A stretch of DNA of 64,000 bases from Terriglobia bacterium (GCA_965206645.1 CBDBKE010000004.1:160001-224000), one strand, 5' to 3'. Positions 9,829 through 21,743 are shown, counted from the stretch's first letter. Made by a program: numbers and translations. The notes: generated by a model not told the origin, from the sequence alone.

Positions 9829-10653
9829 TTAAAAAGAGAGAAACAGGTACCAATGCACAATCTCCCTGCCCCACATCGCCGAGACCAGCGCCGTAAGACC
9901 CAGAAAGGTTCCGAAGGGCAATTCGTACTGGCTGTCCTTTCCCCCGAGCAATATGTAGGAGCCGCCAATCACCGTGCCGAGCAGCGAGCCCAGGAAGATG
10001 GTCAGCAGTGCCAACGCGGGCCCCAGGAAGGTGCCCACCAGCGCCATTAGCTTCACGTCGCCAAAGCCCAGGCCCTCGCGATGACGCAGCCGCTTGTAGG
10101 CTTCCGCAACAAACCAGAGTACGCCCGCACCGACAAGGCCACCCAACAGGGCATCGGCCAGCGACAGCAGCCGCAAAGAGTCCGGCCGCAGGCCTGCCAC
10201 TCGCAGCAGTGCCGCTGCGCTACCGTCGCCCACCGGGACCAGCAGGCTGAAAACCAGCCCGGCCGCCATTCCCGGAAATGTGAGGACATCGGGGAGCAAG
10301 CGATCGGCAAGATCAATGAACATCAGCGCAATGGTTAGCGAGGCGAACAGGGCGTATTTGAGGAACGGCAATCCGAAGCCGAAGACGGCGGCCAGGATTG
10401 CAAAGACAGCTCCGGTCAGCAACTCCACCATGAAGTACCGGACAGAGATCGGCACCCCGCAAGAGCTGCAACGCCCTCGCAGCGCCAGGTAGCTGGCCAG
10501 AGGAATGTTCTCGTACCAGGCGATCTGGTGGCCGCAGTGCGGGCACCGCGAGCGGGGAGCCACAACGGATTCCCCGCGCGGCACGCGGTGGATGACCACA
10601 TTCAGGAAGCTGCCGATAACCAGGCCGAAGAGGAATGCCGAAAGTGGGAACAC
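9829..10653 (-). CDS. pilD: Type 4 prepilin peptidase/N-methyltransferase (A24)
   Basis: GSFLNVVIHR, SRCPHC and GRCSSC Zn motifs, GLGFGDVKL, LPFGTFL. Confidence 0.92.
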   Translation of the reverse strand: MFPLSAFLFGLVIGSFLNVVIHRVPRGESVVAPRSRCPHCGHQIAWYENIPLASYLALRGRCSSCGVPISVRYFMVELLTGAVFAILAAVFGFGLPFLKYALFASLTIALMFIDLADRLLPDVLTFPGMAAGLVFSLLVPVGDGSAAALLRVAGLRPDSLRLLSLADALLGGLVGAGVLWFVAEAYKRLRHREGLGFGDVKLMALVGTFLGPALALLTIFLGSLLGTVIGGSYILLGGKDSQYELPFGTFLGLTALVSAMWGREIVHWYLFLSF

Positions 10654-10692
10654 GTCTGACGCGCGAATTGTCCTTGCTTGTAACCCCTCAGT

Positions 10693-11730
10693 TCAACTCA
10701 GACTCCGAAGGGCCTCCAGGTACACGCGCTCCGAAGCTTCGGCCATTATATCATCCGTTGCCCGAGCCTCAACGAACTGGCGTGCCCGGCGACCCATGGC
10801 TGCCGCCAGTTCCCGTTCCGCCAGTAGCTTTTCCAGACCCGCGCCCACTTCGGCGGCCTGGTTCCCCACCAGCAGCCCGGTTTCACCCTCGAGCACAATC
10901 TCCGGCAGGCCGCCGACGTTGCTGGCGACCACAGGCAGGCCGTGGGCCATGGCCAGAAGCGCCGCCGAGCCCAGCCCTTCGGAGTCTGACAGGTGCACAA
11001 ACGCGTCCAGCGCGAACAGGAACGGGGAGATATCGTCTTCAGGACGGAGGAAGTGAATGTTGCTGGCTCCGGCGAAGGCTCGGGGCCGGGTTAAGAGATC
11101 TGCCGTATCGGTGGAAGTGATCAGCAGATGCATTCGCTGGCGACCCTCTGCGGCCTCCAGTAGCGGCAGGATCGGCTTCTCGCGCAGGCTGGTCAACGTC
11201 CCGGCGACGAAGGTCTCGGCGGGGAGATTCCAGCGGCGGCGAAATGCCGCGCGCTGCTCGCCGCGCTGGGTCAGGACGGGCAGGGAAACGCCATCGTGGA
11301 CTACCGTAATGCGTTCCTGTGGGATGCCGGCCGAACGCAATTGACGCGCCACGTAGTCGGACACGGCAATGTAGTGTGCAGCGCGTGCGTATTTCCAGCG
11401 CGAAAGCCTGCCGCGTCCCACTGGAAAGCTGACCCGCCGCGAGACCACTAGCGGTGCCCGCCTGCGCCGCAGGACGGCCGCCGTGTGCGAAGCGGCATCG
11501 TGCGCGTGAATCAGGTCGGCAGGGAAGCCACTCCCGGGAGGCAGACGCCAGCCCAGGCGTGAGGGTTCAACGGCGAAGCCGGCGCGCCGCGCCCGCTCGA
11601 GCAGTGGAGATCCGGGCCGCGCCAGCAGTTGCTGGCGGTGCCCGCGCCGGCTTAGCGCCTGCATCAGGAGCAATACCTGCCACTGGCCGCCGCGCAACTG
11701 GCGCCCGCTGTCCAGGTGAAGGATGTTCAT
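10693..11730 (-). CDS. Glycosyltransferase family 4 (GT-B)
   Basis: GGQWQ, IHAH, AVSDYV, SEGLGSAALLAMAHGLPVV, GGLPE motifs. Confidence 0.9.
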   Translation of the reverse strand: MNILHLDSGRQLRGGQWQVLLLMQALSRRGHRQQLLARPGSPLLERARRAGFAVEPSRLGWRLPPGSGFPADLIHAHDAASHTAAVLRRRRAPLVVSRRVSFPVGRGRLSRWKYARAAHYIAVSDYVARQLRSAGIPQERITVVHDGVSLPVLTQRGEQRAAFRRRWNLPAETFVAGTLTSLREKPILPLLEAAEGRQRMHLLITSTDTADLLTRPRAFAGASNIHFLRPEDDISPFLFALDAFVHLSDSEGLGSAALLAMAHGLPVVASNVGGLPEIVLEGETGLLVGNQAAEVGAGLEKLLAERELAAAMGRRARQFVEARATDDIMAEASERVYLEALRSLS

Positions 11731-12464
11731 CCGGGTTCTCGCGTCTTGGCCCACTTCAGGAAGACGTACCAGGCGGCCATAGCCGAGATGAGCAGTCCCG
11801 GATAGCCGTCGCGAAAGCCTTGCTGCAGCAGGTAGGTCTTCAGGAAGGTCAGGGGTGGCGCCAGCAGCAGGCGAGCCGCGGTGCCCCGGCGTCCCTGGGT
11901 ACGCAGCTCCTGCGCGGCCAGCGTAGTGTAGCGATTTAGGGTGAGCAGGTGCTGGCTCAGCGAATCACAGGTGTAGTGCAGCAGGTCGGCCTCGAGCATC
12001 TCCACTGGTCCTTCGACCTCGACGTTTTCGTGGACGTACTGACCCGCCCAGCGTCCCCGGCGGCGATCGTAGAGCCGCAGCTTATAGTCGGGATACCAGC
12101 CGGAGTGCAGGATCCATCGACCCAGATATTGGGCGCGGCGGGGCATGCGGTAGCCGGCCGCACGCGGCTCCTCCTGCTTCAGGCGCACGATTTCCGCCGA
12201 CAGGCTCTCGCTGAGCGCCTCGTCGGCGTCCAGGGACAGAATCCAATCGTGGCTGGCCTGCTCGGCGGCGAAGTTCTTCTGGGCTGCGTAGCCGGGCCAG
12301 GCATTCTCGATGACGCGCGCGCCGTAGCGGAGAGCAACCTCGCGGGTGAGGTCGGTGGATCCAGAGTCCACCACCACCACCTCGTCGGCGCAGTCCAGCG
12401 TCTCCAGCGCTCGCGGCAAATTGCGCTCCTCATTCAAGGCGATGATGGTGGCCGAAATCTTCAC
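11727..12464 (-). CDS. Glycosyltransferase family 2 (WaaE/KdtX-like)
   Basis: ISATIIALNEE, VDSGSTD, LDADE, WYPDY and VHE motifs; GTG start at 12464. Confidence 0.9.
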   Translation of the reverse strand: MKISATIIALNEERNLPRALETLDCADEVVVVDSGSTDLTREVALRYGARVIENAWPGYAAQKNFAAEQASHDWILSLDADEALSESLSAEIVRLKQEEPRAAGYRMPRRAQYLGRWILHSGWYPDYKLRLYDRRRGRWAGQYVHENVEVEGPVEMLEADLLHYTCDSLSQHLLTLNRYTTLAAQELRTQGRRGTAARLLLAPPLTFLKTYLLQQGFRDGYPGLLISAMAAWYVFLKWAKTREPG

Positions 12465-12704
12465 GGTACCTGAGCGCCTATTAGGACACGTGTTTCCGCA
12501 ACTGAATCCTTCGCGCCCGCCACGCCCGCATGTTACCGAATCTACCGCTCGCAAGGCACCATATTGTTGCTTTTTGGCGCAGCCTGCTTGTTCGCCGTGG
12601 TGGCGCTTCCGGCGATGCAAAACGGCGTTTGCTTGGCGGACTGTGCTATCTTTAGTGGAAATGTGACGTCATCACCTGAAGCGTCCTCGATAGGAAAGAT
12701 TCAA

Positions 12705-14231
12705 ATGAAAATGGCGCGCGGTTTGTCTCCCCTTCTGGTTTGCGTTATATGGACGACGACCCTGGCCGGGGCTCTGACTAGTCAGCAGAAGAGCAGAATT
12801 GAGCAGATGGTAGGGACGAAGGGCAGCTACACTTCGGAGGAGGACGTCTACAAGGTCACCTTCCCTCGTACGGATGTGAAGGTTACTGTGGACCGCCGGC
12901 CGATACATCCGTTCCTGGGACTCACCTCGTGGGCGGCGTTCACTTCCGGCCGCCATCAGGAAGCGATCGTCATGGGCGATCTGGTGCTGTTCCAGGACGA
13001 GGTTGACGCCGCGATGTCGGTCGCGCTCGACAACGGCCTGGAAGTCACTGCGCTTCATAACCATTTCCTTTTTGATAAGCCGAAGGTAGTGTTCATGCAC
13101 ATCGGCGGCAGCGGGAGCGTGGAACAGCTTGCCGTTGCTGTGCGCAAAGCGCTGGATAAAGTCAGGGAGATCCGAGAGGCCACGCCGGTCCCTGCCACTC
13201 ATTTCCCCGGATCGCTAATTCCTGAGAAGAGCTCGATCACGACAGCCGGCATTGACGGCATTCTCGGGGTCAAGGGGCAGTCGAAGGAGGGCATGTATAA
13301 AGTGAGCATTGGCCGCACGGCGGAAATGCACGGGCGCACGGTTGGCAACCGAATGGGGGTGAACACGTGGGCGGCTTTTGCCGGCACCGACGACAACGCG
13401 GTGGTAGACGGCGACTTCGCCATGCGGGAATCCGAGCTGCAGGCGGTGTTGAAGGCCCTGCGCAAAGCGGGAATTTCCATTGTTGCCATTCACAACCACA
13501 TGACTGAGGAAGAGCCACGGTACGTTTTCTTACACTACTGGGGCAAGGGACCGGCCGCGGCCCTAGCGCAGGGGATCAAGGCTGCCCTGAATGCGCAGCG
13601 CACTGCCGGCAAGAACTGCAACCACACCGGAATCATCAACTTTGACTCCGCCGTGCCGGGCCCATTACCAGCCGCATGGGTTTCAACGATGACCAGCACT
13701 GGCAGGCCGCCTCGGTGGGAAGTGGTTGCCGACAGCACCGCACCCAGCCGGCCGAACGTGTTGGGACAGCTCTCCGGCGATGCAAGTCGGGGCCGCTTTC
13801 CGCTGGCCATCCTGAACACTCCGGAGTGCAAGGACGGCGAGCTCAGCGTGGGATTCAAGCCGATTTCGGGTAAAGTGGACCAAGCGGCTGGGCTGGTGTG
13901 GCGATACCGGGACGAGAATCACTACTACATCGTTCGCGCCAATGGCGTCGAAGACAACGTGGTGCTCTACAAGGTAGAAGGCGGCAAGCGGACGTCTCTG
14001 GCGCCTAAAGATATGCCTGCCGGAACTTACGGGGTCGGGCGTCCAGTACCTACACAGACCTGGAGCACGCTGCGAGTTGTCTTCCAGGACTCAGTGTTCA
14101 CGGTTTATTTCAACGGGCAGAAACTTTTCGAGATAGAGGATTCTACCTTCACCGGGTCTGGTAAAGTCGGGCTGTGGACGAAGGCGGACAGCGTCACCTA
14201 TTTCGACGATTTTCGCCTGGTTCGGAAGTGA
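12705..14231 (+). CDS. Secreted tandem DUF1259 (LppY/LpqO-like) protein fused to a DUF1080/concanavalin-like domain
   Basis: Signal peptide; two repeats with WAAF...GD...A(L/I)HNH; C-terminal GKVDQAAGLVWR...GKVGLWTKADSVTYFDD. Confidence 0.75.
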   Translation: MKMARGLSPLLVCVIWTTTLAGALTSQQKSRIEQMVGTKGSYTSEEDVYKVTFPRTDVKVTVDRRPIHPFLGLTSWAAFTSGRHQEAIVMGDLVLFQDEVDAAMSVALDNGLEVTALHNHFLFDKPKVVFMHIGGSGSVEQLAVAVRKALDKVREIREATPVPATHFPGSLIPEKSSITTAGIDGILGVKGQSKEGMYKVSIGRTAEMHGRTVGNRMGVNTWAAFAGTDDNAVVDGDFAMRESELQAVLKALRKAGISIVAIHNHMTEEEPRYVFLHYWGKGPAAALAQGIKAALNAQRTAGKNCNHTGIINFDSAVPGPLPAAWVSTMTSTGRPPRWEVVADSTAPSRPNVLGQLSGDASRGRFPLAILNTPECKDGELSVGFKPISGKVDQAAGLVWRYRDENHYYIVRANGVEDNVVLYKVEGGKRTSLAPKDMPAGTYGVGRPVPTQTWSTLRVVFQDSVFTVYFNGQKLFEIEDSTFTGSGKVGLWTKADSVTYFDDFRLVRK

Positions 14232-14242
14232 AGGAGGCTGTC

Positions 14243-15280
14243 ATGAAGACGATAGTTAGGGTTTTTACGGGGGCGATCTTGTTGGCCTTCGCGCTTGGTG
14301 CTGCCCTGTGGGCGGGCAGCGAGCAAACCCCGTCACGAGTGTTCGTGGTGAACACCCAAGATGCTTCCGTCTCGCTGGTGGACCTGAAGGCCATGAAGGA
14401 AATCCGCAGGTTCACCGTCGGCCAGGGTCCTTATGGCATTGCGGTCAGCCCGGATGGTAGGACAGTGGCGGTGGGTGTTGAGGATGAAGAGAAGGTCAAG
14501 TTCTTTGACGCGGCCGATTTCCGTCTGAAAGGGGAAGTCCCCATCGGGAAGATGCACCACGACCACATGGTGCTCACTCAGGACAGCAAACATGTACTGG
14601 TGGCCAACTTCTACAGCGACGACGTGGTCGCCATTGACATCACGAAGATGAAGGAGGCATACCGCATCGAAGGGACCAGTGCGCCGCACGTAGTCAAGTA
14701 CGGGCCCTTGAAACAATACGCCTATGTGACCTGCAAGAAGATCACCGGCGTCGCCATCATTGACCCAGCCGCCCCCAGGCTGGTCAAGTTTCACCAGATC
14801 AACGTCAATCCCCGCAGCCTGACCCTCTCGCCCGACGAGTCCAAGCTGTACTTTGGCTCGTTCTGGGTGGACGGCTTCTTTGAAATGGAGACCCAGTCGG
14901 GCAAGGTAACGCGGCTATTTGCCCTGGAGCCGCCCTCGGGGAACCGGGCGCCCCAGGAGGTGACCTATCACGGCGTCGAGGTGATTGGAGCGAACCTGGT
15001 GCTTGCGGCTAACGAAGGGCGCTCCTATCTGGATGCGGTGGACCTCCGCACGGGCAAGTTGCTCGACCGCCTCATGGACGTTTCAAAGCCCTGCTGCATT
15101 GAGCAGATTCCTGGAACTGAAGACGGGCCCGTGCGCGTATTAGTCAGCAACATCGGCGACGCAACCATGCAGGTGGTGGAAGTTTCCAGCAGTGGTAAAT
15201 TAAAGTCCCTTGGCAAGGTCCAGGTGGGAAAGGCTCCCAAGCGCGTGGCTTTTCTGCCCGCTTCTGCTGGCCGGCTCTAG
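14243..15280 (+). CDS. YncE/YVTN-type beta-propeller protein, secreted
   Basis: AAGGAGG RBS; signal peptide; VGQGPYGIAVSPDG-type blades. Confidence 0.8.
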   Translation: MKTIVRVFTGAILLAFALGAALWAGSEQTPSRVFVVNTQDASVSLVDLKAMKEIRRFTVGQGPYGIAVSPDGRTVAVGVEDEEKVKFFDAADFRLKGEVPIGKMHHDHMVLTQDSKHVLVANFYSDDVVAIDITKMKEAYRIEGTSAPHVVKYGPLKQYAYVTCKKITGVAIIDPAAPRLVKFHQINVNPRSLTLSPDESKLYFGSFWVDGFFEMETQSGKVTRLFALEPPSGNRAPQEVTYHGVEVIGANLVLAANEGRSYLDAVDLRTGKLLDRLMDVSKPCCIEQIPGTEDGPVRVLVSNIGDATMQVVEVSSSGKLKSLGKVQVGKAPKRVAFLPASAGRL

Positions 15281-15380
15281 CCCCCGTATCGCAATCTTTC
15301 TAGAAACCCCATTATCAGAATAAGCACGGCACCACAGCGTCTGAACTGGTCAAGGACTTCGGCCTGACCGGCCGCCGAGT

Positions 15381-15656
15381 CTAGTTCGGGCGGGAGCCAT
15401 CGCCGCTGCGGCGGAGCCACTCCTCGAAGGCGCGAGCCAGCGAGTCCACCCGCTCGGTCAGCACTCCGAGGGCAGTAACGATAGTAGTGATCTGCGCCTG
15501 CTGTTCTCGCACGACAGCGACCAAAGCAGTCTGCTGTTCGGCGAGCGTTTGAATCTGTACCTCGGCCCGGTTCTGGCGCTCGGCCAACTCCTGGATCTTC
15601 GCCGTGGCTTGTGCCTGCTGGTTGAGGATGAATTCGATGGTCTTTTCGACGTCCAT
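15381..15656 (-). CDS. Small coiled-coil hypothetical protein
   Basis: GAGG RBS; heptad-like composition; last gene of the mutase operon. Confidence 0.65.
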   Translation of the reverse strand: MDVEKTIEFILNQQAQATAKIQELAERQNRAEVQIQTLAEQQTALVAVVREQQAQITTIVTALGVLTERVDSLARAFEEWLRRSGDGSRPN

Positions 15657-15677
15657 CGTGTGCCTCTGCTCAGTTTG

Positions 15678-16106
15678 TCACGAAGGTGTAGCCGGCTGCC
15701 CTGAGAGCCCGAACAGAGCGCGATACTTCTCCGATAGCGGACGTGGCTGCAGGTTTGAGTCGGTGATGAAGTGCACGGTTTCGCCGGTGGCCAGCAACTG
15801 GCCACTCTCGGAATTGTGCAGCTCGTAGGCGAAGGCAATTACGGTGGGGCGGGTGTGCTTCAGCCAGGTGCGAATTCGCAGCAGGTCGTCGAAGCGAGCG
15901 GGCGCCTTATAGCGGCAGCGCGCTTCGGCCACCACCAGCAGCGCGCCGTCCTCCCGCTCCATGTCGCGATAATTGAAACCGCGCGCCCTGCACCACTCCA
16001 CGCGTCCCACCTCGAAGTAGGTGAAGTAATGCCCGTAGTAGACGACCCCCATCTGGTCGGTTTCGGCGTAGCGCACCCGCACGGTGCTTTCCACAGCCTC
16101 GCGCAT
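15678..16106 (-). CDS. Acyl-CoA thioesterase (YbgC/4HBT hotdog fold)
   Basis: VRYAETDQMGVVYYGHY...FEVGR, YKAPARFDD. Confidence 0.9.
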   Translation of the reverse strand: MREAVESTVRVRYAETDQMGVVYYGHYFTYFEVGRVEWCRARGFNYRDMEREDGALLVVAEARCRYKAPARFDDLLRIRTWLKHTRPTVIAFAYELHNSESGQLLATGETVHFITDSNLQPRPLSEKYRALFGLSGQPATPS

Positions 16107-16666
16107 CAGACTGCCGTTTTTCGCCGCCTGGTTGGAGGTTCGGCCGGGACGAAGTAGACGTCGGTGGGCTTGAACTGGGACTTGCGGCGGAACCGCGCGG
16201 CGATGCCCATGCCCACGTGGATCTGTTCCTGGGTGACGCCCACCAGGCGGGACAGCAGCAACGTGTCGATTCCCTCAAACTCCACTAGTACCAGGTTGAA
16301 AGGGGTTTCTTTCAGAAACTCCTCGCTGCCAAAGTGGCAGGTGGTCCAGGTGTGGACGCGTCCCTGCTGGGAAAGCTCGATCCATTTGGTCGGGGCTCCG
16401 CACTGCATGCAATAGGCGCGGGGGGTGGCGAAGGCGTGCCGGCACCGGGTGCAGCGGCTGCCCATCAACTTTCCCTGCGACAGGCCGAGGAAGAATGGCG
16501 TGTCTTCTGCGTAGCTGTGGATGTAGTCAATTTCGTAGTGCGCGCGAATGATCAGCGGGTCAGTGTGCCAGACCACAGTGCCGGTATCCAACTCCGGCAA
16601 CCGGACCTTATCGTACCGGGGCTTAGAACCAGCCTGGCGGGAGGGCTTCGCTTTTTTCCTGGGCAT
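16106..16666 (-). CDS. DUF35 Zn-ribbon/OB-fold protein (thiolase partner)
   Basis: CTRC...PRAYCMQC zinc ribbon followed by OB-fold GRVHTWT; adjacent to the thiolase-like gene. Confidence 0.88.
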   Translation of the reverse strand: MPRKKAKPSRQAGSKPRYDKVRLPELDTGTVVWHTDPLIIRAHYEIDYIHSYAEDTPFFLGLSQGKLMGSRCTRCRHAFATPRAYCMQCGAPTKWIELSQQGRVHTWTTCHFGSEEFLKETPFNLVLVEFEGIDTLLLSRLVGVTQEQIHVGMGIAARFRRKSQFKPTDVYFVPAEPPTRRRKTAV

Positions 16667-16668
16667 GG

Positions 16669-17925
16669 CTAGACGCTCTCCATCAGCGTGGCGGTCACAT
16701 AGGTGCCGGTGCCGGCGTGGCTGTGGATCAGGCCGCGCATGGGGCGGTTCTTCTCCTGAATATGGCCGTCGCCGCCGTTGTGCTTGGCGACGGTGCCCTG
16801 CAACTGCCAGAAGGCGAACACGGCCTGCATCAGGCCGGTGGCTCCCACCGGGTGGCCGCAGGCGATCAGTCCTCCGGAAGGGTTGACCGGAATGTTTCCG
16901 TCCAACATCGGCGCCCCGGACTCAATGAACTTGCCGCCCTCACCGTAGCGACACAGGCCCATATCCTCGTAGGTCTGGATTTCGCTGGAGGTGTAGGCGT
17001 CGTGCAGCTCCATGAAGTCGATCTCTTCAACCGGGTTGGTGATGCCAGCCATCTTGTATACGTTGATAGCGGCCGTCCGCCCGGCGCGGAAGGAATGTAC
17101 GCCGGGATATTTCAAGTTCTTGTACGACTTCTTGTCCTCATGGGGCAGCAGGGGGACCTTCCCGTGGGGGCGATCGGCCATGCGCATGGCGTCGGAGCCG
17201 GCGCCGATCGCCTTCACCAGCACCGGGCGGCGGCAGACTCGCTGGGCTACCTCCTCCGAGCACATGATGCAGACTGCCGCGCCGTCCGACATGGTGCAGA
17301 TGTCGAGCATGGTCAGCGGGTAGGCTACCATCGGGGAATCCAGCACGTCCTCCACCGTCAGGTCGTAGTGGTGTTGCGCCCACCTGTTGTGGAGCGCGTT
17401 GCGGTGGTTTTTCACCGTCACCAGGGCCAGTTGCCGGCGGGTGGTGCCGAACTCATGCATGTGACGCACCACCATCATCGCGTAGTAGCCAGTGTAGAAG
17501 CCGCCCACCGGATAGTCAAAGTTGGTGTCGGAGGCGCAGGCGATGAATTCGTTCCCCTTCCAGGTGTTGACGCGGGACATGGTCTCGAAGCCCATAGCCA
17601 CCACGCAATCCATCATGCCGCTGGCAACGGTGCGCCAGGCCTCCTGGACACAGAGGCCGCCGGTGGCCCCGCCGCCCTCGATGCGCACCGTGGGCTTCGG
17701 AACCAGGCCGCACATGTCCACCGCCATCACTCCGGCTTTCAACTGGCGGGTGAAGTGGTCGGAGAAGTAGCTGACCACGGTGCCGTCAATTGTGTCGGTG
17801 GTGAGCTTGGGCACGTCGCGCCGAGCGTAGTCATAGGCCTCCTTGACCATCACCCGGAAGCTCTTACCCGGCTCGGCTTTGCGAAACTTGGTGATTCCGC
17901 CCGCGACCATGTAGACGGGACGCAT
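16669..17925 (-). CDS. SCP2/SCP-x-type thiolase-like protein lacking the canonical nucleophilic Cys
   Basis: KNHRNA, SDGAA, ELHDAY, NPSGGL and GHPVGATG motifs; EGGGATG in place of ExACAS. Confidence 0.88.
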   Translation of the reverse strand: MRPVYMVAGGITKFRKAEPGKSFRVMVKEAYDYARRDVPKLTTDTIDGTVVSYFSDHFTRQLKAGVMAVDMCGLVPKPTVRIEGGGATGGLCVQEAWRTVASGMMDCVVAMGFETMSRVNTWKGNEFIACASDTNFDYPVGGFYTGYYAMMVVRHMHEFGTTRRQLALVTVKNHRNALHNRWAQHHYDLTVEDVLDSPMVAYPLTMLDICTMSDGAAVCIMCSEEVAQRVCRRPVLVKAIGAGSDAMRMADRPHGKVPLLPHEDKKSYKNLKYPGVHSFRAGRTAAINVYKMAGITNPVEEIDFMELHDAYTSSEIQTYEDMGLCRYGEGGKFIESGAPMLDGNIPVNPSGGLIACGHPVGATGLMQAVFAFWQLQGTVAKHNGGDGHIQEKNRPMRGLIHSHAGTGTYVTATLMESV

Positions 17926-17976
17926 AGGGAGTTGCTCCTTCGGGAAATGTGCGTTCGAGCAGCCTGTCGCGGGGTC

Positions 17977-18399
17977 TCACCTGCGGGCAGGGCGCTCGGC
18001 GACATGAGTCTGGACGGACTGCCGGACGAATTGGATGATACCGTCCATCGAGGCGCCGGGCTGGAACACCGCGGTCACACCCTGCTCTTTCATCGCGGGG
18101 ATGTCGGCGTCGGGGATGATGCCCCCCAGCAGGACCAGCACGTCGTCCAGCCCCTTCTCCTTCAGCAGGGCGCAGACGCGCGGGACGATGGTGGTGTGCG
18201 CGCCCGACAGGATGGAAAGCCCCACCACGTCCACGTCCTCCTGGAGCGCGGCGGTGGCAATCATCTCCGGCGTCTGGCGCAACCCGGTGTAGATCACCTC
18301 CATGCCGGCGTCGCGCAGGGCGCGAGCGATCACCTTGGCCCCGCGGTCGTGACCGTCCAGGCCGGGTTTGGCAACCAATACCCGAATCTTTCGTTCCAC
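17977..18399 (-). CDS. Acyl-CoA mutase small subunit (cobalamin-binding)
   Basis: [10 protein letters not shown] (DxHxxG), [14 protein letters not shown]. Confidence 0.93.
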   Translation of the reverse strand: MERKIRVLVAKPGLDGHDRGAKVIARALRDAGMEVIYTGLRQTPEMIATAALQEDVDVVGLSILSGAHTTIVPRVCALLKEKGLDDVLVLLGGIIPDADIPAMKEQGVTAVFQPGASMDGIIQFVRQSVQTHVAERPARR

Positions 18400-18468
18400 C
18401 GCTGACCTACCTCGCATCTCGGCACGCTTTAGCCTGGCCTCCACGTCATGGCGTCATGAAGCGCGCCG

Positions 18469-20118
<1,650 letters not shown>

Positions 20119-20366
20119 GACTCCATAATAGCCCACTCACTGAGCTTTTACCGCCGGTAGCCGCGCCTTGCATCCAACAATCCATGGGGCATTTGTCCAA
20201 ACGGGCTGTCAATTACGGGCAACCGAAGGGCATCCGGGGTGTTACACTGCCGCCTCGATGGCACAAGTTCACTCCCGGTGAGCTACACTATAGCTTTACG
20301 GTGCGCTTGCGGCACCTCCCCCTTGAGGCAGGAATTCCGGAGGGAATTCGAGGGATGGAAGGACAA

Positions 20367-21743
20367 ATGAGTCCAGCAGGGCAGCGCGGTTCAAGTTTAG
20401 CGGCGAAGCGCAAGAACGCAACACGCGCGCGTGGTACGCATCCCGCCGTGATCCGGCCCGCGGCCGTCCTCATGGCCTGGTGTCTCTGGTTGGGCTCGCC
20501 TGCAATGGGTCTTGCAGCGGGGCATCCTCAAGCTGCCACTGAGGCCGACATCCGAGCGCTGATGAAGAGGCCGGCGGTCGAAGCCGCATTGAAGCACTTG
20601 AGCGACCACTACGACCAGATTCTTGAGGACTTGGTGGCCCTCACCGAGATTCCCGCTCCGCCGTTCAAGGAAGCAGCCCGGGCCCGGTACTTCGCCAAGC
20701 GCCTGCGCGGACTGGGCCTGAAAAACGTCCACATTGACGAAGAGGGAAATGTGGTAGGCGAGCGTCCCGGCGCGGGTGACGGGCCCACCCTGATGCTGGC
20801 CGCTCACCTGGATACGGTGTTCCCCGAGGGGACCAAAACACGGGTCCGGAAACACGGAAGCATCTACGCCGCCCCCGGCATCGGCGATAATGGGCATGGC
20901 CTGGCGGTCATGCTGGCGCTGATCCGGGCGCTAGAGGCCGTCTCGGTGCGCACCGGTGGCGACATCATCTTCGTCGGCGACGTGGGCGAAGAGGGGCTGG
21001 GCGATCTGCGCGGCGTCCGCTATCTATTCGAGAAGAGCCCGTTACGTCAGCGGGTGGACCTGTTCATTTCCATAGATGGGCTGGGGGATTCGGCAATCAC
21101 CAATGGCGGCGTGGCCAGCCGGCGCTACCGGGTCACCTACCGTGGCCCGGGCGGCCACAGCTATGGTGCCTTCGGCCTAGTGAATCCGGCATTCGCCATG
21201 GCTGCCACCGTGGCGCGCTTGAGCCGCTTGAAGGTGCCCGAGCATCCGAGGACGACCTTCAACGTGGGTCGTTACGGCGGCGGCACTTCGGTGAACGCCC
21301 TCCCCGAGTCGGTGTGGATGGAGGTGGACTTGCGATCCGACTCCCCGGCCGAGCTGGCCAGACTCGAACAGCAATTTCTGGCCGCGGTCAAGGAAGGAGC
21401 CAGGGAAGAGAACCAGGCGCGCAGCACCGAGTATGGCCGCATCGTTGTGGAACCCAAACTGGTGGGGGACCGCAAAGGCGGCCAGACGCCCGCCGACTCC
21501 CCGCTGGTCGAAACCGCCGTGGCCGTGACCCGAGCTCTGGGGAACCTGCCTGCGCTGCGCTACGGCAGCACTGATGCAAATGTGCCGATCAGCGTGGGGA
21601 TTCCCGCCATCACGGTCGGCTCCGGCGGCCGAGGTGGCCGCAGCCATTCTCTGGACGAATGGGTGAACGTGGACAAGGTCGGTACGCTGTCGGGCATCGA
21701 ACGCACTATGCTGCTGGTCCTGGCCTTGGTGGGCGTAGAGTAG
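20367..21743 (+). CDS. M20/M25/M40 metallohydrolase, probably secreted; start uncertain
   Basis: PAPPF, AHLDTVF, GIGDN, GEEGLG, GGHS, GGTSVN, STDAN and HSLDEW motifs. Confidence 0.88.
   Translation: MSPAGQRGSSLAAKRKNATRARGTHPAVIRPAAVLMAWCLWLGSPAMGLAAGHPQAATEADIRALMKRPAVEAALKHLSDHYDQILEDLVALTEIPAPPFKEAARARYFAKRLRGLGLKNVHIDEEGNVVGERPGAGDGPTLMLAAHLDTVFPEGTKTRVRKHGSIYAAPGIGDNGHGLAVMLALIRALEAVSVRTGGDIIFVGDVGEEGLGDLRGVRYLFEKSPLRQRVDLFISIDGLGDSAITNGGVASRRYRVTYRGPGGHSYGAFGLVNPAFAMAATVARLSRLKVPEHPRTTFNVGRYGGGTSVNALPESVWMEVDLRSDSPAELARLEQQFLAAVKEGAREENQARSTEYGRIVVEPKLVGDRKGGQTPADSPLVETAVAVTRALGNLPALRYGSTDANVPISVGIPAITVGSGGRGGRSHSLDEWVNVDKVGTLSGIERTMLLVLALVGVE

Noticed and set aside
16717-18405. 562-aa plus-strand ORF
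   Set aside because: Antisense shadow of the thiolase and mutase small-subunit genes, expected in GC-rich DNA; no motifs
20119-20366. Cobalamin riboswitch upstream of the B12 mutase
   Set aside because: No recognisable B12-box or core motifs by eye; an Rfam scan would be needed to exclude it
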